NCBI GenBank assembly: GCA_043800555.1
Contig: JAZDMX010000007.1
Location: 26,683-90,682, forward strand
DNA: 64,000 bases
Reading direction: 5' to 3'
Origin: Candidatus Omnitrophota bacterium
GTDB taxonomy: Bacteria; Omnitrophota; Gorgyraeia; Gygaellales; Profunditerraquicolaceae
The notes under the pieces: generated by a model
What the model saw: the letters and a program-made list of their open reading frames with translations, nothing else
Told to the model about the DNA's origin: nothing
The model's database searches: none
Translations under genes and position numbers: made by a program
In this document: positions 9,123-20,664 of the stretch, in pieces
How positions within the stretch are numbered: the first letter of the stretch is position 1
Layout: every line of letters starts with the position of its first letter

Positions 9123-10645
9123 TTGGCCTCTAATTTGTTAACGCTATCCAGATACGCCCGGATAGCAGCTTCGATAATATCAGTGCTTGAGCCGCGTCCG
9201 CTATAGATAGAGCTATTTATTTTTAGCTTAAGGCTCACCTGCCCCAAAGCGTCCTTACCGGAAGTAACTGCCTCAAGCCGGAAATCTTCCAGCTTTGCCC
9301 TGTACCCGGTAATTTTATCTATGGCCTTAAAACAGGCATCTACAGGGCCGTCTCCGGAGGAAACTCCGGATACAGCCTGCCTGCCGGCAGGCGGGTTTTC
9401 CGATTTTCTAATCAAAACTACCTTGGCTTCCGGTTTGATTTTTGTTCCGGAGGTAACCTCAAAACTATTCAGCTGCCAGAGCGGCTTAATCACGCTGATT
9501 TCATCTTCAACAATTGTCCTTAGGTCATCGTCATAGATATCTTTCTTTTTATCGGCGACTTCCTTGAAGCGGACAAAAGCCTTATTCAGTTGGACATCAT
9601 TCAGGCGAAACCCAAGCGCCTTGAGCCTATCGCCAAAGGCGTGCCGGCCAGAGTGTTTGCCGAGAATAAGCTGGCTAGAGGATATCCCCACATCTTTAGG
9701 GTCCATAATCTCATAGGTAGCCCTGTTCTTGAGGATCGCATCCTGATGAATTCCCGATTCATGGCTAAAGGCATTTCTTCCCACGATGGCCTTATTGGGC
9801 GGGACAACAAAATTCGTCAGGTTGCTCACCAGCCGCGAAGTGCGGAATATCTCCTTGGTGTTTATATCCATATAAAATTTCCCGAAGATATCCTTGCGCG
9901 TCTTAATCGCCATAACCACCTCTTCCAAAGAAGCATTCCCGGCGCGCTCGCCTATGCCGTTAATGGTGCAGTGGACTTGCCTGGCTCCCGCCAAGACCGC
10001 GGAAAGAGAATTAGCCGAAGCTAAACCCAGGTCATTATGGCAATGCGTGGCGATTATTGCCTTGTTAATATTGGGAACGTTATTTTTTATATCGGTAACT
10101 AGCGAAAATATTTCCTGGGGATAGCTATAACCTACAGTATCCGGAATATTAATGGTCTTTGCGCCTTCGTTAATTGCGGCTTCAATTACCTTAAAAAGAA
10201 AGCCCCTCTCTGAGCGCGTAGCATCTTCAGGGGAAAATTCAACATCATCGCAGAGGCGCCTCCCCAGTTTTACCGCGCCTTTAGCGATTTCCAGAATCTC
10301 ATCTTCGGCTTTTTTAAACTTGTATTGCAGATGGATCTTAGAAGTAGCCAAAAACAGATGGACCCGCGGCCTTTTCGCCGGTTTAAGGGCGCTGGCGGCA
10401 GATTCAATATCCGGCTTAAGGCAGCGGGCCAATCCGCAGATAACGCTTTTCTTGATGGCCTTAGAAATCTCGGCTACGGCCTTAAAATCACCGGGGGAAG
10501 CAATCGGAAAGCCGGCTTCGATTATATCCACGCCCAACCTCTCCAACTGAAAAGCAACTTCCAGTTTTTGCTGATGGGTTAAACTTGCTCCCGGCGCCTG
10601 CTCTCCGTCGCGCAATGTCGTATCGAATATTATTATTTTTTCCAT
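9119..10645 (-). CDS. leuA: 2-isopropylmalate synthase
   Basis: [39 protein letters not shown] regulatory domain. Confidence 0.96.
   Translation of the reverse strand: MEKIIIFDTTLRDGEQAPGASLTHQQKLEVAFQLERLGVDIIEAGFPIASPGDFKAVAEISKAIKKSVICGLARCLKPDIESAASALKPAKRPRVHLFLATSKIHLQYKFKKAEDEILEIAKGAVKLGRRLCDDVEFSPEDATRSERGFLFKVIEAAINEGAKTINIPDTVGYSYPQEIFSLVTDIKNNVPNINKAIIATHCHNDLGLASANSLSAVLAGARQVHCTINGIGERAGNASLEEVVMAIKTRKDIFGKFYMDINTKEIFRTSRLVSNLTNFVVPPNKAIVGRNAFSHESGIHQDAILKNRATYEIMDPKDVGISSSQLILGKHSGRHAFGDRLKALGFRLNDVQLNKAFVRFKEVADKKKDIYDDDLRTIVEDEISVIKPLWQLNSFEVTSGTKIKPEAKVVLIRKSENPPAGRQAVSGVSSGDGPVDACFKAIDKITGYRAKLEDFRLEAVTSGKDALGQVSLKLKINSSIYSGRGSSTDIIEAAIRAYLDSVNKLEAK
9374..9397. repeat. CCTGCCTGCCGGCAGGC palindrome inside leuA
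   Basis: AGCCTGCCTGCC|GGCAGGCGGGTT; encodes NPPAGRQA. Confidence 0.75.
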
Positions 10646-10726
10646 TTGCTTTTCCTTACATACTACCTCTAATGTTTCATCCCTGGCATTGATTTAGCCG
10701 TGCCTCTGGCGTTTACGGATAAATCA

Positions 10727-10745
10727 CCCTGAGCTCTGCGAAGGG
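10727..10745. repeat. Short CCCTGAG...GAAGGG-type repeat between ilvC and leuA
   Basis: CCCTGAGCTCTGCGAAGGG resembles common CCCTGAGCGNAGCGAAGGG intergenic repeats (from memory). Confidence 0.4.
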
Positions 10746-10756
10746 CATACCACTTA

Positions 10757-11749
10757 TTAATGTTTCATCCAGGGCATCATATCCCTCAACTCTTTGCCCA
10801 CCTTCTCAATTAAATGGTTATCTGCCTCGGAGAGCAACTTATTGAAATTCGGCCGGCCCATTTCATTTTCTTTGATCCATTCGCGGGCAAACTTTCCGGT
10901 CTTTATCTCTTTCAACATCTTTTTCATTTCTTTACGGGTTTTTTGCGTAATAATTCTCGGGCCGCGGCTTAGATCCCCGTAACAAGCGGTGTTGGAAACC
11001 CCCCTGCGCATTCCGGAAATACCCCGCTCCTGGATTAAATCGGTAATCAATTTTAACTCGTGCAAAACTTCGAAATAAGCGATCTCCGGCTGGTATCCTG
11101 CTTCGATCAGAGTGTCAAAACCTGCTTTGATTAACTCGCTCACCCCGCCGCAAAGCACTGCCTGCTCGCCGAATAGATCGGTCTCGGTCTCCTCATCAAA
11201 GGTTGTTTCGATTACTCCTGCGGTCGTAGCCTTAATTGCCTTGGCATAAGCTAACGCTAAAGCCTTGGCTTGGCCGGTTGCATCCTGATAAATAGCGATC
11301 AAAGAAGGCACGCCTTTACCCTCTTCATACATTTTCCTTACTAAAGCACCCGGCCCCTTAGGAGCGACCATAAATACATCCACGCTCTTCGGAGGCTTGA
11401 TTTGCTTAAAACGGATATTGAAACCGTGCGAGAAACATAACGCTTTGCCTTTTTTAAGGTTTGGCTTGATGGCCTCTTTGTAAACTTTGGCCTGCACATG
11501 GTCTTGAGTCAATATCTGGATAATATCGGCTGCCTTAGCCGCTTCGGCGGCTGAAACAGGAGTAAACCCATCAGCCTTAGCTTGCTCATAATTCGGGGTA
11601 CCGGGCATTTCGGAAACTACCACGTGCATCCCGGAATCCCTTAAACATAGCGACTGGCCGCGGCCCTGAATGCCATAACCGATAATCGCGATTGTTTTAT
11701 TCTTCAACAAATTCAAGTCCGCGTCTTTGTCATAATAAATCTTCGCCAT
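10757..11749 (-). CDS. ilvC: Ketol-acid reductoisomerase
   Basis: [32 protein letters not shown]. Confidence 0.97.
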   Translation of the reverse strand: MAKIYYDKDADLNLLKNKTIAIIGYGIQGRGQSLCLRDSGMHVVVSEMPGTPNYEQAKADGFTPVSAAEAAKAADIIQILTQDHVQAKVYKEAIKPNLKKGKALCFSHGFNIRFKQIKPPKSVDVFMVAPKGPGALVRKMYEEGKGVPSLIAIYQDATGQAKALALAYAKAIKATTAGVIETTFDEETETDLFGEQAVLCGGVSELIKAGFDTLIEAGYQPEIAYFEVLHELKLITDLIQERGISGMRRGVSNTACYGDLSRGPRIITQKTRKEMKKMLKEIKTGKFAREWIKENEMGRPNFNKLLSEADNHLIEKVGKELRDMMPWMKH

Positions 11750-11774
11750 TTTCTCCTCCGTTTAACTTAACCCG

Positions 11775-11823
11775 TTCCATTCCCGCATTGGAATTGCAAG
11801 CAAATTCCAATGCGGGAATGGAA
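11775..11823. repeat. TTCCAATGCGGG-family doublet, copy 1 (units in reversed order)
   Basis: TTCCATTCCCGCATTGGAATT-GCAAGCA-AATTCCAATGCGGGAATGGAA; perfect 21-bp arms. Confidence 0.95.
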
Positions 11824-11833
11824 TTTTACGGTT

Positions 11834-12307
11834 TTAATTACTAATTGCCAATTTCCCGGTTCTAACCAATTCCTGAATCCCAAATTTGCTCAACTCATCC
11901 AGTAACGGCTTAATCTGCCCGCTATCCCCCACTGCCTCGATGATCGCGATATCAGCCTTATGCCGGACTATTTTACCGACATACTTCTTAAACACATTCT
12001 CCAACTTGCTCTTATTTTTAGCCGAATATCTTACTTTGGCCAAAACAAGTTCGCGGTCAACGTGCTCTTTCTTGGTAAAATCCGTAACGGTGATAACATC
12101 AATAAGTTTGTTCAGCTGCTTTTTTATCTGCTCTAAAATCTTAGCGTCTTTGGCCTCCACCACGATAGTCATATAGGATATAGCGGGGTCCAGAGTTTCA
12201 GAAACCGCTAACGAAGCAATGTTATAACCGCGGGCGCTGAATAATCCGGCAATACGCGCTAAAACTCCGAATTTGTTTTCGACTAAAACCGAGATTGTAT
12301 GCCTCAT
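11834..12307 (-). CDS. ilvN: Acetolactate synthase small subunit
   Basis: LVENKFGVLARIAGLFSARGYNI ACT domain, ELVRTG. Confidence 0.95.
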   Translation of the reverse strand: MRHTISVLVENKFGVLARIAGLFSARGYNIASLAVSETLDPAISYMTIVVEAKDAKILEQIKKQLNKLIDVITVTDFTKKEHVDRELVLAKVRYSAKNKSKLENVFKKYVGKIVRHKADIAIIEAVGDSGQIKPLLDELSKFGIQELVRTGKLAISN

Positions 12308-12326
12308 CTTTTAGTTCTTAGCTAAA

Positions 12327-13991
12327 TTACGCCAATCCTCCGATAAACTGATTAATGGCCTGCCCTGCCGGAACCATAGGAAACACATTCTCTTCGGGCT
12401 CAACCCTAAAATCAATCATTACAGTATTATCCGCAGTAATTGCTTTCTCCAGCGCCGGGCGCACCTCTTCTTTTTTAGTTACCCGGATCCCAAGGCAACC
12501 GTAACTTTCAGCCAGCTTCACAAAATCCGGGCTGGTTATTCCTACCTGCGAATAACGCCTTTTGTAAAAAAGCTCCTGCCACTGCCGGACCATTCCCAAA
12601 TAGCCATTATTTAGAATCGCGATCTTCACGTTTATTTTATTGGCAACGCAAGTCGCAAGCTCCTGGATATTCATCTGGATTGAACCGTCTCCGGCGATAT
12701 CAAAAACTTCTTTCCCCGGGCAACCCACCTTTACCCCCATAGCCGCCGGCAACCCAAAACCCATTGTCCCTAATCCTCCCGAAGAAATAAATGTGCGGGG
12801 CTCGGTATATTTATACCACTGCGCTGCCCACATCTGGTTCTGCCCGACTTCAGTGGTTATAATCGCGCTGCCTTCGGTTATTTCATAAATCTGCTCAATT
12901 ATATACTGCGGCTTAAGCCCTCCGTCGTCTTTATATATTAGCGGGTGCTTCTTTTTCCAGCCTTCGACGGTTTTTAACCACTCTCCTGTATTCGGAGCCT
13001 TCTTGATTTCTTTCAGGAGTTCAATCAAAATATTCCGGGCATCCCCCACTATCGGAATATGCACGTTTACGTTCTTGCTGATAGAGGACGGGTCCACGTC
13101 GATATGGATAATCTTTGCGTAAGGGGCAAAGGCATCAAGCCGCCCCGTTACGCGGTCATCAAAACGGGCGCCCACCGCGATTATCAGGTCACTCTCCATA
13201 ATCGCATGGTTCGCATAAGCGGTCCCGTGCATGCCAAGCATACCCAATGATAACTCATGGGTAGCAGGAAAGGCGCCTATACCCATAAGGGTCCAGGTTA
13301 AAGGCGCATTGATTTTCTCCGCCAGTATCTTTAATTCCTTATGCGCCCCTGATGTAATTACGCCGCCGCCCGCATAGATTATCGGTTTTTTGGCAGAGGC
13401 GATAAGCTTAGCCGCTTTCTTGATCTGCCCGGGATGGCCAAAAAGCGTAGGGTTATAACTGCGTATCTCGGTATTTTCCGGCCAGATAAATACCGCATCC
13501 ATCATTTGGATATCCGAAGGAATATCTATCAACACAGGACCGGGCCTGCCGGTAGAAGCAATATAAAAAGCTTCCCGGATTATGCCCGCTAAATCCTTGA
13601 CATCCTTGACTAAATAATTATGTTTGGTTATCGGGCGGGTAATACCAGTGACATCGGCTTCCTGGAAGGCGTCGTTACCGATTAAAAAGCTCTTTACCTG
13701 GCCGGTAATCGCAACCATCGGGATAGAATCCATATAGGCATTAGCGATGCCGGTTACAAGATTTGTCGCTCCCGGGCCCGAAGTGGCTATGCACACCCCA
13801 ACTTTACCGGTTGAGCGGGAATAACCATCAGCGGCATGGGCCGCCCCCTGCTCATGCCGGGTAAGTATAAACCTGATATCCGAATCATAAAGGCTATCAA
13901 ATATAGGCAGGACCTGGCCGCCGGGATAGCCAAACATCACCTCTACGCCTTCGCGTTTCAACGACTCCAGTAATATTTGCGAACCTTTCAT
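12327..13991 (-). CDS. ilvB: Acetolactate synthase large subunit
   Basis: FGYPGG, RHEQGA, TSGPGATN, RFDDRVTG, GDGS.QMN. Confidence 0.97.
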   Translation of the reverse strand: MKGSQILLESLKREGVEVMFGYPGGQVLPIFDSLYDSDIRFILTRHEQGAAHAADGYSRSTGKVGVCIATSGPGATNLVTGIANAYMDSIPMVAITGQVKSFLIGNDAFQEADVTGITRPITKHNYLVKDVKDLAGIIREAFYIASTGRPGPVLIDIPSDIQMMDAVFIWPENTEIRSYNPTLFGHPGQIKKAAKLIASAKKPIIYAGGGVITSGAHKELKILAEKINAPLTWTLMGIGAFPATHELSLGMLGMHGTAYANHAIMESDLIIAVGARFDDRVTGRLDAFAPYAKIIHIDVDPSSISKNVNVHIPIVGDARNILIELLKEIKKAPNTGEWLKTVEGWKKKHPLIYKDDGGLKPQYIIEQIYEITEGSAIITTEVGQNQMWAAQWYKYTEPRTFISSGGLGTMGFGLPAAMGVKVGCPGKEVFDIAGDGSIQMNIQELATCVANKINVKIAILNNGYLGMVRQWQELFYKRRYSQVGITSPDFVKLAESYGCLGIRVTKKEEVRPALEKAITADNTVMIDFRVEPEENVFPMVPAGQAINQFIGGLA

Positions 13992-14071
13992 ATCTTTATC
14001 CCTTGGCCTCTTGGCTCAGAGTCCATAGATTATAGTCATCTTTTACTATGGACCATAAGCTAAACATTATA

Positions 14072-15724
14072 CTAAACCAATACGGCTCCCTTATCCGCCG
14101 AACTGACTGATCTTGCATACCTGGACAAATACCCTGTCTTGATCTTAGGCGCTACAGGTTTCCAATGCTTGAATCTTTTCTTAATCTCTTCCTCGCTTAA
14201 TTTCGCCTCTATCTTCCGGTTAACTATATCAATAACAATCGTATCCCCGTCTTTTAAGATCGCGATCGGCCCGCCACTGGAAGCCTCCGGAGAAATATGG
14301 CCGATACACGGGCCTTTTGTCCCGCCTGAAAAACGTCCGTCGGTAATTAAGGCCACTGAATCCGCCAGGCCTAAGCCTACGATCGCCGCGGTCGGAGCAA
14401 GCATCTCGCGCATTCCGGGCCCGCCTGCCGGGCCTTCATAACGAATAACAATGCAATCGCCTTTTTTAATCTCATTATTCATAATCGCCTGCATTGCTTC
14501 TTCTTCGCGGTTAAATACGCGGGCGCACCCGGTAAACTTCATCATTTTATCGCTTACGCCTGACTGCTTAACTACTGCGCCTTCCGGAGCGATGTTGCCA
14601 TATAGCACGGCAATCCCGCCTTGTTTATGGTAAGCTTTGTTTAAAGGGCGGATCACATCCTCATCGGATATTCTGGCTTTATCGGCAATCTCAAAAGTTT
14701 TCTCTCCGCTCACATTCAAGACATTATTCAGCTTGGATTTTAACCTCTTTAAAACCGCGGGAATCCCGCCGGCATATTCAAGGTCTTCCATAAAATGCGT
14801 TCCGGCCGGCTCTAAGCTTGTAATGTGCGCAGTAGTTTTGCCGATCTTGTCAAAAGTTTTCAAGTCCAAATCAATTCCTGCCTCATGGGCAATAGACATT
14901 AAATGCAAAACAGTATTACTGGACCCGCCCAAAGCCATATCCACCACAATCGCGTTCTCTAAAGATTTTTTGGTAATGATATCGCGGGGCTTGATATTTT
15001 CTCTCACTAATTCCACGATGCGCTCGCCGCTTGCCTGGGCAATCCTGCGTTTCTTGGCTGAAGCAGCCAGAGCAGTCCCGCAACCGGGAATAGACAACCC
15101 GATAGTCTCGGTAAGACAAGCCATTGTATTGGCCGTATATAAACCCTGGCAAGAGCCGGATCCGGGGCAAGCTTCCATCTCCAAACAAGATAATTCTTCC
15201 GGGGAGATATCGCCCTTCTTTGCCCGGGCCATCCCTTCATAAGTATCGTGCACAAAAGCCAGTTTTCGTTGATTGTAACGGCCTGATAGCATCGGCCCGG
15301 CAGTTACAATTATTGCCGGGATGTTCAACCGCGCCGCTCCCATAATCATACCGGGAGTGATCTTATCGCAATTAGTCAAACAAATGATCCCGTCTAACTG
15401 ATGGGCATTACACACTGTTTCAATTGTGTCGGCGACAATCTCCCGAAGCGCCAAAGGATAACACATCCCTAAATGGCCCATAGCAATGCCGTCGCAAATT
15501 CCCGGCACTCCGAATAAAAACGGCACACCCTGCCCGTAACAAATCCCGCGCTCGATAAAACGCTCCAAATCGCGCATGCCGATATGGCCGGGTATAAGGT
15601 CGGTAAAAGATGTGGCAACCCCTATAAACGGCCTGTCGAGATCTCTTTTGGACAGACCTGTCGCGTGCAAAAGCGCGCGGTGCGGAACTCTCTCCAACCC
15701 TTTCTTGATTTTATCGGAACGCAT
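14072..15724 (-). CDS. ilvD: Dihydroxy-acid dehydratase
   Basis: [36 protein letters not shown]. Confidence 0.97.
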   Translation of the reverse strand: MRSDKIKKGLERVPHRALLHATGLSKRDLDRPFIGVATSFTDLIPGHIGMRDLERFIERGICYGQGVPFLFGVPGICDGIAMGHLGMCYPLALREIVADTIETVCNAHQLDGIICLTNCDKITPGMIMGAARLNIPAIIVTAGPMLSGRYNQRKLAFVHDTYEGMARAKKGDISPEELSCLEMEACPGSGSCQGLYTANTMACLTETIGLSIPGCGTALAASAKKRRIAQASGERIVELVRENIKPRDIITKKSLENAIVVDMALGGSSNTVLHLMSIAHEAGIDLDLKTFDKIGKTTAHITSLEPAGTHFMEDLEYAGGIPAVLKRLKSKLNNVLNVSGEKTFEIADKARISDEDVIRPLNKAYHKQGGIAVLYGNIAPEGAVVKQSGVSDKMMKFTGCARVFNREEEAMQAIMNNEIKKGDCIVIRYEGPAGGPGMREMLAPTAAIVGLGLADSVALITDGRFSGGTKGPCIGHISPEASSGGPIAILKDGDTIVIDIVNRKIEAKLSEEEIKKRFKHWKPVAPKIKTGYLSRYARSVSSADKGAVLV

Positions 15725-15770
15725 GGTTTTCTCCCTTCGGTCGAAAAAGCTGTTAGCTCATTGCTATTAG

Positions 15771-17096
15771 CTAGTCTGCTCCTTCTCCGTCATGAACAAT
15801 CTCTTTTGCGGCTTTACGCGGCCGGGAAATCACCCGTTTTAAGACCACAAATTTACCCGTCAATTCCCGGTTATTAACGGCATTTAGCTGTTTAAACAAA
15901 AAGTCGAATTTGTTTTCGATCTCGCCGGCAATCTTATCGCGGGTCTCTTGAGCTAAGCCCATAATTTCTTTCTTAAACTGCCCCAGGGCTTTCTTACGCG
16001 CCTTGTAGAAGAACTGCTCGTCAGTCTCCCCTTCTTTTCTTTCATTGGCGGCATTAACAACCAGCCAATCATACATCTTCTTCTTCAAGCCGGCGGGAAA
16101 GTTTACGCTATCCAGCAGCATATTCTGAAAACCCGTTGCTAAATGCACCTCCAAAGTGTCATTCTCGGGAAATTTGTGGAACATTTCTTGCGGCAAAGTA
16201 GAAGCGCCATGCTGGACTGCCCCTCCAAGCCCGAATTCTTGTTTAGCAATACCGGAAAGGCTCTTCAGGGTAGCAAAGTCCAACTTTACTTCCGCTATAG
16301 AACCATCCGCCTTTACTACACCGCCGTGAGAAGTGCCGGTCTGAATGGAAATTTTACTGATTCCGGATAGACCTTTACGTAATTTTTCGCGGTAACCTCC
16401 CATAAAAGCGCGTAAATCTTCAGGAGTGGAATTCTGATGGCCAACTTCGCCAATCTCTCCTCCTACTGAAACAGTCACTCCCTTAGGTTCTATCCTGCGG
16501 ATAAACTGCGTTAGTTTTGCGCAAACTTCATAATTAAATTTCTGCTGTTTTCTAATATCGGTTTTGGATAAATCCACCAGAGTCGATGAATCGATATCGA
16601 TATTATAAAAACCCGCGGCAATCGCGTCAGCAATCAAATCCTCTAGCCCCTGTAATTCCTTATCGGGGTTTTCCTGGAATTTCTTGGCATTAACCTGCAC
16701 GTGGTCTGCCTGAATAAATACCGGCCCCTTATGTCCTTCCTTAATCGCAGCGCCCAGGATAACGCTGACGTATTCAACGGGAGTTTGTGAGGTATAACCC
16801 ATCTCGGACTTAGCAATCTCGAAAATGAAAGCGCCGGAATTATTCTTTTTTGCCACCCTGAATATCGCCCGGGCCAAATCATAGGTTAAACTACGCAAAT
16901 TCATCGCCGGCACCGTAAAACCGCTGAATTCGCCCTTACCGGATGCCGTATAGAGATCGTGGATGCTCGCCGGATAGATGCCTGATTTATAAGCCATTGC
17001 CAGTATCTTCTTGGCTAATTCTTTTTTTGCGGCCGATTCATCCGTGATAACCAAATCCGTAACAATTTTGTCAATGCTTAAAGCTTTCCTTCCCAT
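15771..17096 (-). CDS. Class II fructose-bisphosphate aldolase family protein
   Basis: TVPAMN, QADH, GEIGEVG, GTSHGG, VQHGAS; adjacent to pfkA. Confidence 0.85.
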   Translation of the reverse strand: MGRKALSIDKIVTDLVITDESAAKKELAKKILAMAYKSGIYPASIHDLYTASGKGEFSGFTVPAMNLRSLTYDLARAIFRVAKKNNSGAFIFEIAKSEMGYTSQTPVEYVSVILGAAIKEGHKGPVFIQADHVQVNAKKFQENPDKELQGLEDLIADAIAAGFYNIDIDSSTLVDLSKTDIRKQQKFNYEVCAKLTQFIRRIEPKGVTVSVGGEIGEVGHQNSTPEDLRAFMGGYREKLRKGLSGISKISIQTGTSHGGVVKADGSIAEVKLDFATLKSLSGIAKQEFGLGGAVQHGASTLPQEMFHKFPENDTLEVHLATGFQNMLLDSVNFPAGLKKKMYDWLVVNAANERKEGETDEQFFYKARKKALGQFKKEIMGLAQETRDKIAGEIENKFDFLFKQLNAVNNRELTGKFVVLKRVISRPRKAAKEIVHDGEGAD

Positions 17097-17112
17097 AGCA
17101 AATATTTCCTCC

Positions 17113-18075
17113 TTAACTTAGAATCTTAATTAATCCGTAAAAATTATCCACGCGCAATTCTTTTTTCTTGATTGCGGTAGCAAAATCAACGCTGCCAATT
17201 TTTCCGTTGATTAAACCGACGGCTTTATCTTTCTCGCCTTTTATAAGCAAATCCACCGCTACCTTTCCAAAATTCAAAGCCAGGTCCCTGGAAGTTGCCG
17301 TAGGCCGGCCCCCTCTTTGAATATGGCCAAGAGTAATCGCCCGGGTCTCAAGGCTAGTAAGTTCATTAATCTGCCTGGCGATATCTTCGGCGTGGCCTGC
17401 TCCTTCGGCTACTACAATAATCCAGCTTACCTTGCCGATCATATTGCCGTGGACAATATCATGGCAAGTCGCTTCTAAATCAAAAGGCTTCTCCGGGATA
17501 ATCACATCTTCGCATCCGCCGGCAAGGGCAACCGCCAAAGCGATAAATCCGCAATCACGACCCATGACTTCAACCACAAAAATCCGCTCCATGCTGGTCG
17601 CCGTATCGCGGATATTATCAATGGCGTTCAGCGCGGTGTTTATCGCCGTATCGGCGCCGATAGTATAATCTATCCCGTTTACATCGTTATCGATGGAGGC
17701 GGCAATTCCCAGGCAAGGAACATTATATTTATTCCCGAATTTATGCGCGGCGGCAAAACTGCCGTTGCCTCCAATAACCACCAACCCGTCTATGCCGTAT
17801 TTCTTTATTGTGTTAAAAGCGCGGTTTTGCCCCTCTTCGGTCTGGAATTCCAGGCAACGGGCGGTTTTTAAAATTGTCCCGCCCTGGCTAATTATCCCTG
17901 AAACAGAACGATGGTCCATTACTTTTAGCTCTTCGTTAATCAGGCCGAACCAGCCGCGAAATACTCCCATAACCTCCAATTTATTGGCTAACGCATACCG
18001 GATTACGCTGCGTATTGCCGGATTCATCCCCGGCGCGTCTCCGCCTGTAGTTAAAACCGCGATCCTCTTCATCAA
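17113..18075 (-). CDS. pfkA: 6-phosphofructokinase (PfkA family, probably ATP-dependent)
   Basis: [31 protein letters not shown]. Confidence 0.95.
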   Translation of the reverse strand: MMKRIAVLTTGGDAPGMNPAIRSVIRYALANKLEVMGVFRGWFGLINEELKVMDHRSVSGIISQGGTILKTARCLEFQTEEGQNRAFNTIKKYGIDGLVVIGGNGSFAAAHKFGNKYNVPCLGIAASIDNDVNGIDYTIGADTAINTALNAIDNIRDTATSMERIFVVEVMGRDCGFIALAVALAGGCEDVIIPEKPFDLEATCHDIVHGNMIGKVSWIIVVAEGAGHAEDIARQINELTSLETRAITLGHIQRGGRPTATSRDLALNFGKVAVDLLIKGEKDKAVGLINGKIGSVDFATAIKKKELRVDNFYGLIKILS

Positions 18076-19328
18076 GTGCCCATCTCCCAGCTAGACAAAT
18101 ATTTCTTCTGCTCCAAAGTCAAGGTATCTATTTTTATCCCTAAAGATTTTAGTTTCAAGCCCGCGATATTCTTATCGATATCATCCGGGACCTTATAAAC
18201 TTGGTTCTTAAGCTTTCTGTAATTCTTCGACATATATTCGGCGGAAAACGCCTGATTGGCAAAAGACATATCCATAACGCTCGCCGGATGCCCTTCGGCT
18301 GCGGCTAAATTTATGAGCCTGCCCTCGCCTAACAAATAAACCTTGCGGCCGTCCCTTAAAATATACTCATCCACAAAATCACGTATTTGTTTTTTCCTTA
18401 TGCTGATTTTTTTCAAACCCGCGATATCCAATTCCACATTAAAGTGGCCGGAGTTACTCACTATGGCGCCATCTTTCATCACCTGAAAATGCTCTCTCCT
18501 TATGACGTTTATATCCCCGGTCACGGTGACAAAAACATCCCCGAGCTTGGCCGCTTCTCTAATCGGCATAACCTGAAATCCGTCCATGTTTGCTTCCAGC
18601 GCCCGCAAAGGATCGACTTCTACAACGATTACCTTAGCGCCCAAACCGTCAGCGCGCATAGCCGCTCCTTTCCCGCACCAGCCATAACCGCAGACCACAA
18701 AATTTGCTCCGGCCAACAATTTATTTGTCGCTCGGATTATTCCGTCTATCGTGGATTGGCCTGTCCCGTAACGGTTATCGAACAAATGTTTGGTCATCGC
18801 GTCATTAACCGCGATTATCGGATAGCGCAATTTTCCTTCTTCGGCAAGAGCCCTTAAACGTATAACGCCGGTGGTCGTCTCTTCGGTGCCTCCGATAATA
18901 TTCGAATGCGCAAGACTTTTCGCCTGATGAATAGTAGAAACCAAATCCGCGCCATCATCCATCGTTATGTCAGGCTTAGCCGCAAGGACCGATTTAATAT
19001 GGCTATAATAAGTCGGGGTATCCTCGCCTTTTATCGCGAAAACCGATACCTTTAAGTCCTTCACTAAAGAAGCGGCCACATCATCTTGCGTCGAGAGCGG
19101 ATTGGAAGCACAGACAAAAACTTCCGCTCCCCCGGCTTTTAAGACGCCGCACAAAACGCCTGTTTCGGTAGTTACGTGAAGGCAGGCGGCGACTTTTAAG
19201 CCTTTGAGAGGTTTTTCTTTTAAAAATCTTTGTTTGATTAAGCTGAGAACGGGCATATTATTAGACGCCCATTCAATCCTCAAAGACCCTTTCTTGGCCA
19301 AACCGGTATTTTTGACATCATATTTCAT
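18072..19328 (-). CDS. ahcY: Adenosylhomocysteinase
   Basis: [41 protein letters not shown]. Confidence 0.97.
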   Translation of the reverse strand: MKYDVKNTGLAKKGSLRIEWASNNMPVLSLIKQRFLKEKPLKGLKVAACLHVTTETGVLCGVLKAGGAEVFVCASNPLSTQDDVAASLVKDLKVSVFAIKGEDTPTYYSHIKSVLAAKPDITMDDGADLVSTIHQAKSLAHSNIIGGTEETTTGVIRLRALAEEGKLRYPIIAVNDAMTKHLFDNRYGTGQSTIDGIIRATNKLLAGANFVVCGYGWCGKGAAMRADGLGAKVIVVEVDPLRALEANMDGFQVMPIREAAKLGDVFVTVTGDINVIRREHFQVMKDGAIVSNSGHFNVELDIAGLKKISIRKKQIRDFVDEYILRDGRKVYLLGEGRLINLAAAEGHPASVMDMSFANQAFSAEYMSKNYRKLKNQVYKVPDDIDKNIAGLKLKSLGIKIDTLTLEQKKYLSSWEMGT

Positions 19329-19353
19329 GAAATCTCCTTTAAGAGTGTTTAAT

Positions 19354-20526
19354 TTATAATTTTGCCGCTTGCTTTTTCAGCACCGCTGCCTTATCCGTTG
19401 ATTCCCAGCTAAACTCGGGCTCTGTCCTGCCGAAGTGGCCATAACAGGCGGTCTTCCTATATATGGGGCGCAACAGGTCCAGGGACTTAATCATCCCTTG
19501 CGGAGTGAGCTCGAAATTATCACGAATTAATTTTATAAATTGGGCTTCACTGAGCTTTCCCGTGCCGGAAGTATCAACCATGATTGCCAAAGGATCGGCC
19601 TTGCCGATAACATAAGCAAGATGGATCAAGCATTTGTCAGCCAGCCCCGCGGCCACGATATTTTTGGCGATGTAACGGGCCATGTAAGCTGCGGAACGGT
19701 CAACCTTGGTCGGGTCTTTTCCCGAAAACGCCCCGCCGCCGGGAGCAGCTGCTCCGCCATAAGTATCCACGACAATCTTCCTTCCGGTCATACCGGTATC
19801 GGATTGAGGGCCTCCGATGACAAATTTTCCCGTTTCATTGATAAAATATTTTGTGTCCTTATCTATGTATTCTTTCAAAATCGGCTTGGCAATCACGTCA
19901 ATAAATTCCTGGCGGCTGGCCTTAGTAATCTTTTCTTTAGTGGAATCGAGGATCTCCTCGGTATGCTGGCATGCCAAAACAACCGAATCCACTCTCTTAG
20001 GCTTGCCATCGTGATACTCCACAGAAACCTGGGACTTGCAATCAGGCCCCAGGTATTTTAAAACCCCTTTTCTCCTGGTGTCTGCCATTTTCTTTACCAA
20101 CTTTTGAGAAAGCATTATCGGTAGAGGCATAAATTCTTCGGTCTCGCGGCAGGCAAAACCGACCATAAACCCCTGATCGCCTGCTCCGCCGGTATTTACC
20201 CCTTGGGCAATATCCGGAGACTGGCTATTAATCGTATTGATGATAGCGCAAGTATGATAATCAAACCCGTATTTAGGATGAGTATAACCTATCTCCTTAA
20301 TGATACTGCGGGCTAATCTTTGTATATCCACATAAGCGGTAGTAGTAATCTCTCCGCCTACAATCAAAAGGCCCATAGTTACAAAGGTTTCACAAGCTAC
20401 CCTTCCATAAGGGTCTTGCTTCAAAACTTCATCCAATACACCGTCGGATATTTGATCGCAAACCTTGTCCGGATGCCCTTCTCCTACCGACTCAGATGTA
20501 AAATAATGTTTACGGCCTACTGTCAT
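19354..20526 (-). CDS. metK: S-adenosylmethionine synthetase
   Basis: [33 protein letters not shown]. Confidence 0.98.
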   Translation of the reverse strand: MTVGRKHYFTSESVGEGHPDKVCDQISDGVLDEVLKQDPYGRVACETFVTMGLLIVGGEITTTAYVDIQRLARSIIKEIGYTHPKYGFDYHTCAIINTINSQSPDIAQGVNTGGAGDQGFMVGFACRETEEFMPLPIMLSQKLVKKMADTRRKGVLKYLGPDCKSQVSVEYHDGKPKRVDSVVLACQHTEEILDSTKEKITKASRQEFIDVIAKPILKEYIDKDTKYFINETGKFVIGGPQSDTGMTGRKIVVDTYGGAAAPGGGAFSGKDPTKVDRSAAYMARYIAKNIVAAGLADKCLIHLAYVIGKADPLAIMVDTSGTGKLSEAQFIKLIRDNFELTPQGMIKSLDLLRPIYRKTACYGHFGRTEPEFSWESTDKAAVLKKQAAKL

Positions 20527-20530
20527 ATCT

Positions 20531-20662
20531 CCTCCTTAATTTACCCATTCTTGAGTTACAAATCAATCTCCCCCTAAAGGGCAAAAGATCGGTTCTTCCC
20601 TCTTACTGGGCTGCAAAGTAACCCCAAGCCTTGGCGATATCCTCCGGGCAAAGGGATAAATT
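20531..20662 (-). promoter_or_regulatory. Candidate SAM-III (SMK box)-like riboswitch in the metK leader
   Basis: UUUGCCCGGAGGAU...UUGUAAC...GGGUAAA just before the AGGAGG SD; motifs resemble SMK box CCCGAAAGGAU and UUGUAACC; alternative pairings are possible. Confidence 0.4.
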
Positions 20663-20664
20663 TG

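Noticed and set aside
14021-14053. GTCCATAG...CTATGGAC stem and heptamer-like runs (also about 15750-15775 and 43761-43775)
   Set aside because: Too short and degenerate to distinguish from chance or ordinary terminators without a genome-wide count
20527-20664. SAM-I or SAH riboswitch
   Set aside because: The SAM-I core (AUCAAGAG, GCAACC, GUGC) and the SAH GAGGAGCGCUGC motif are absent
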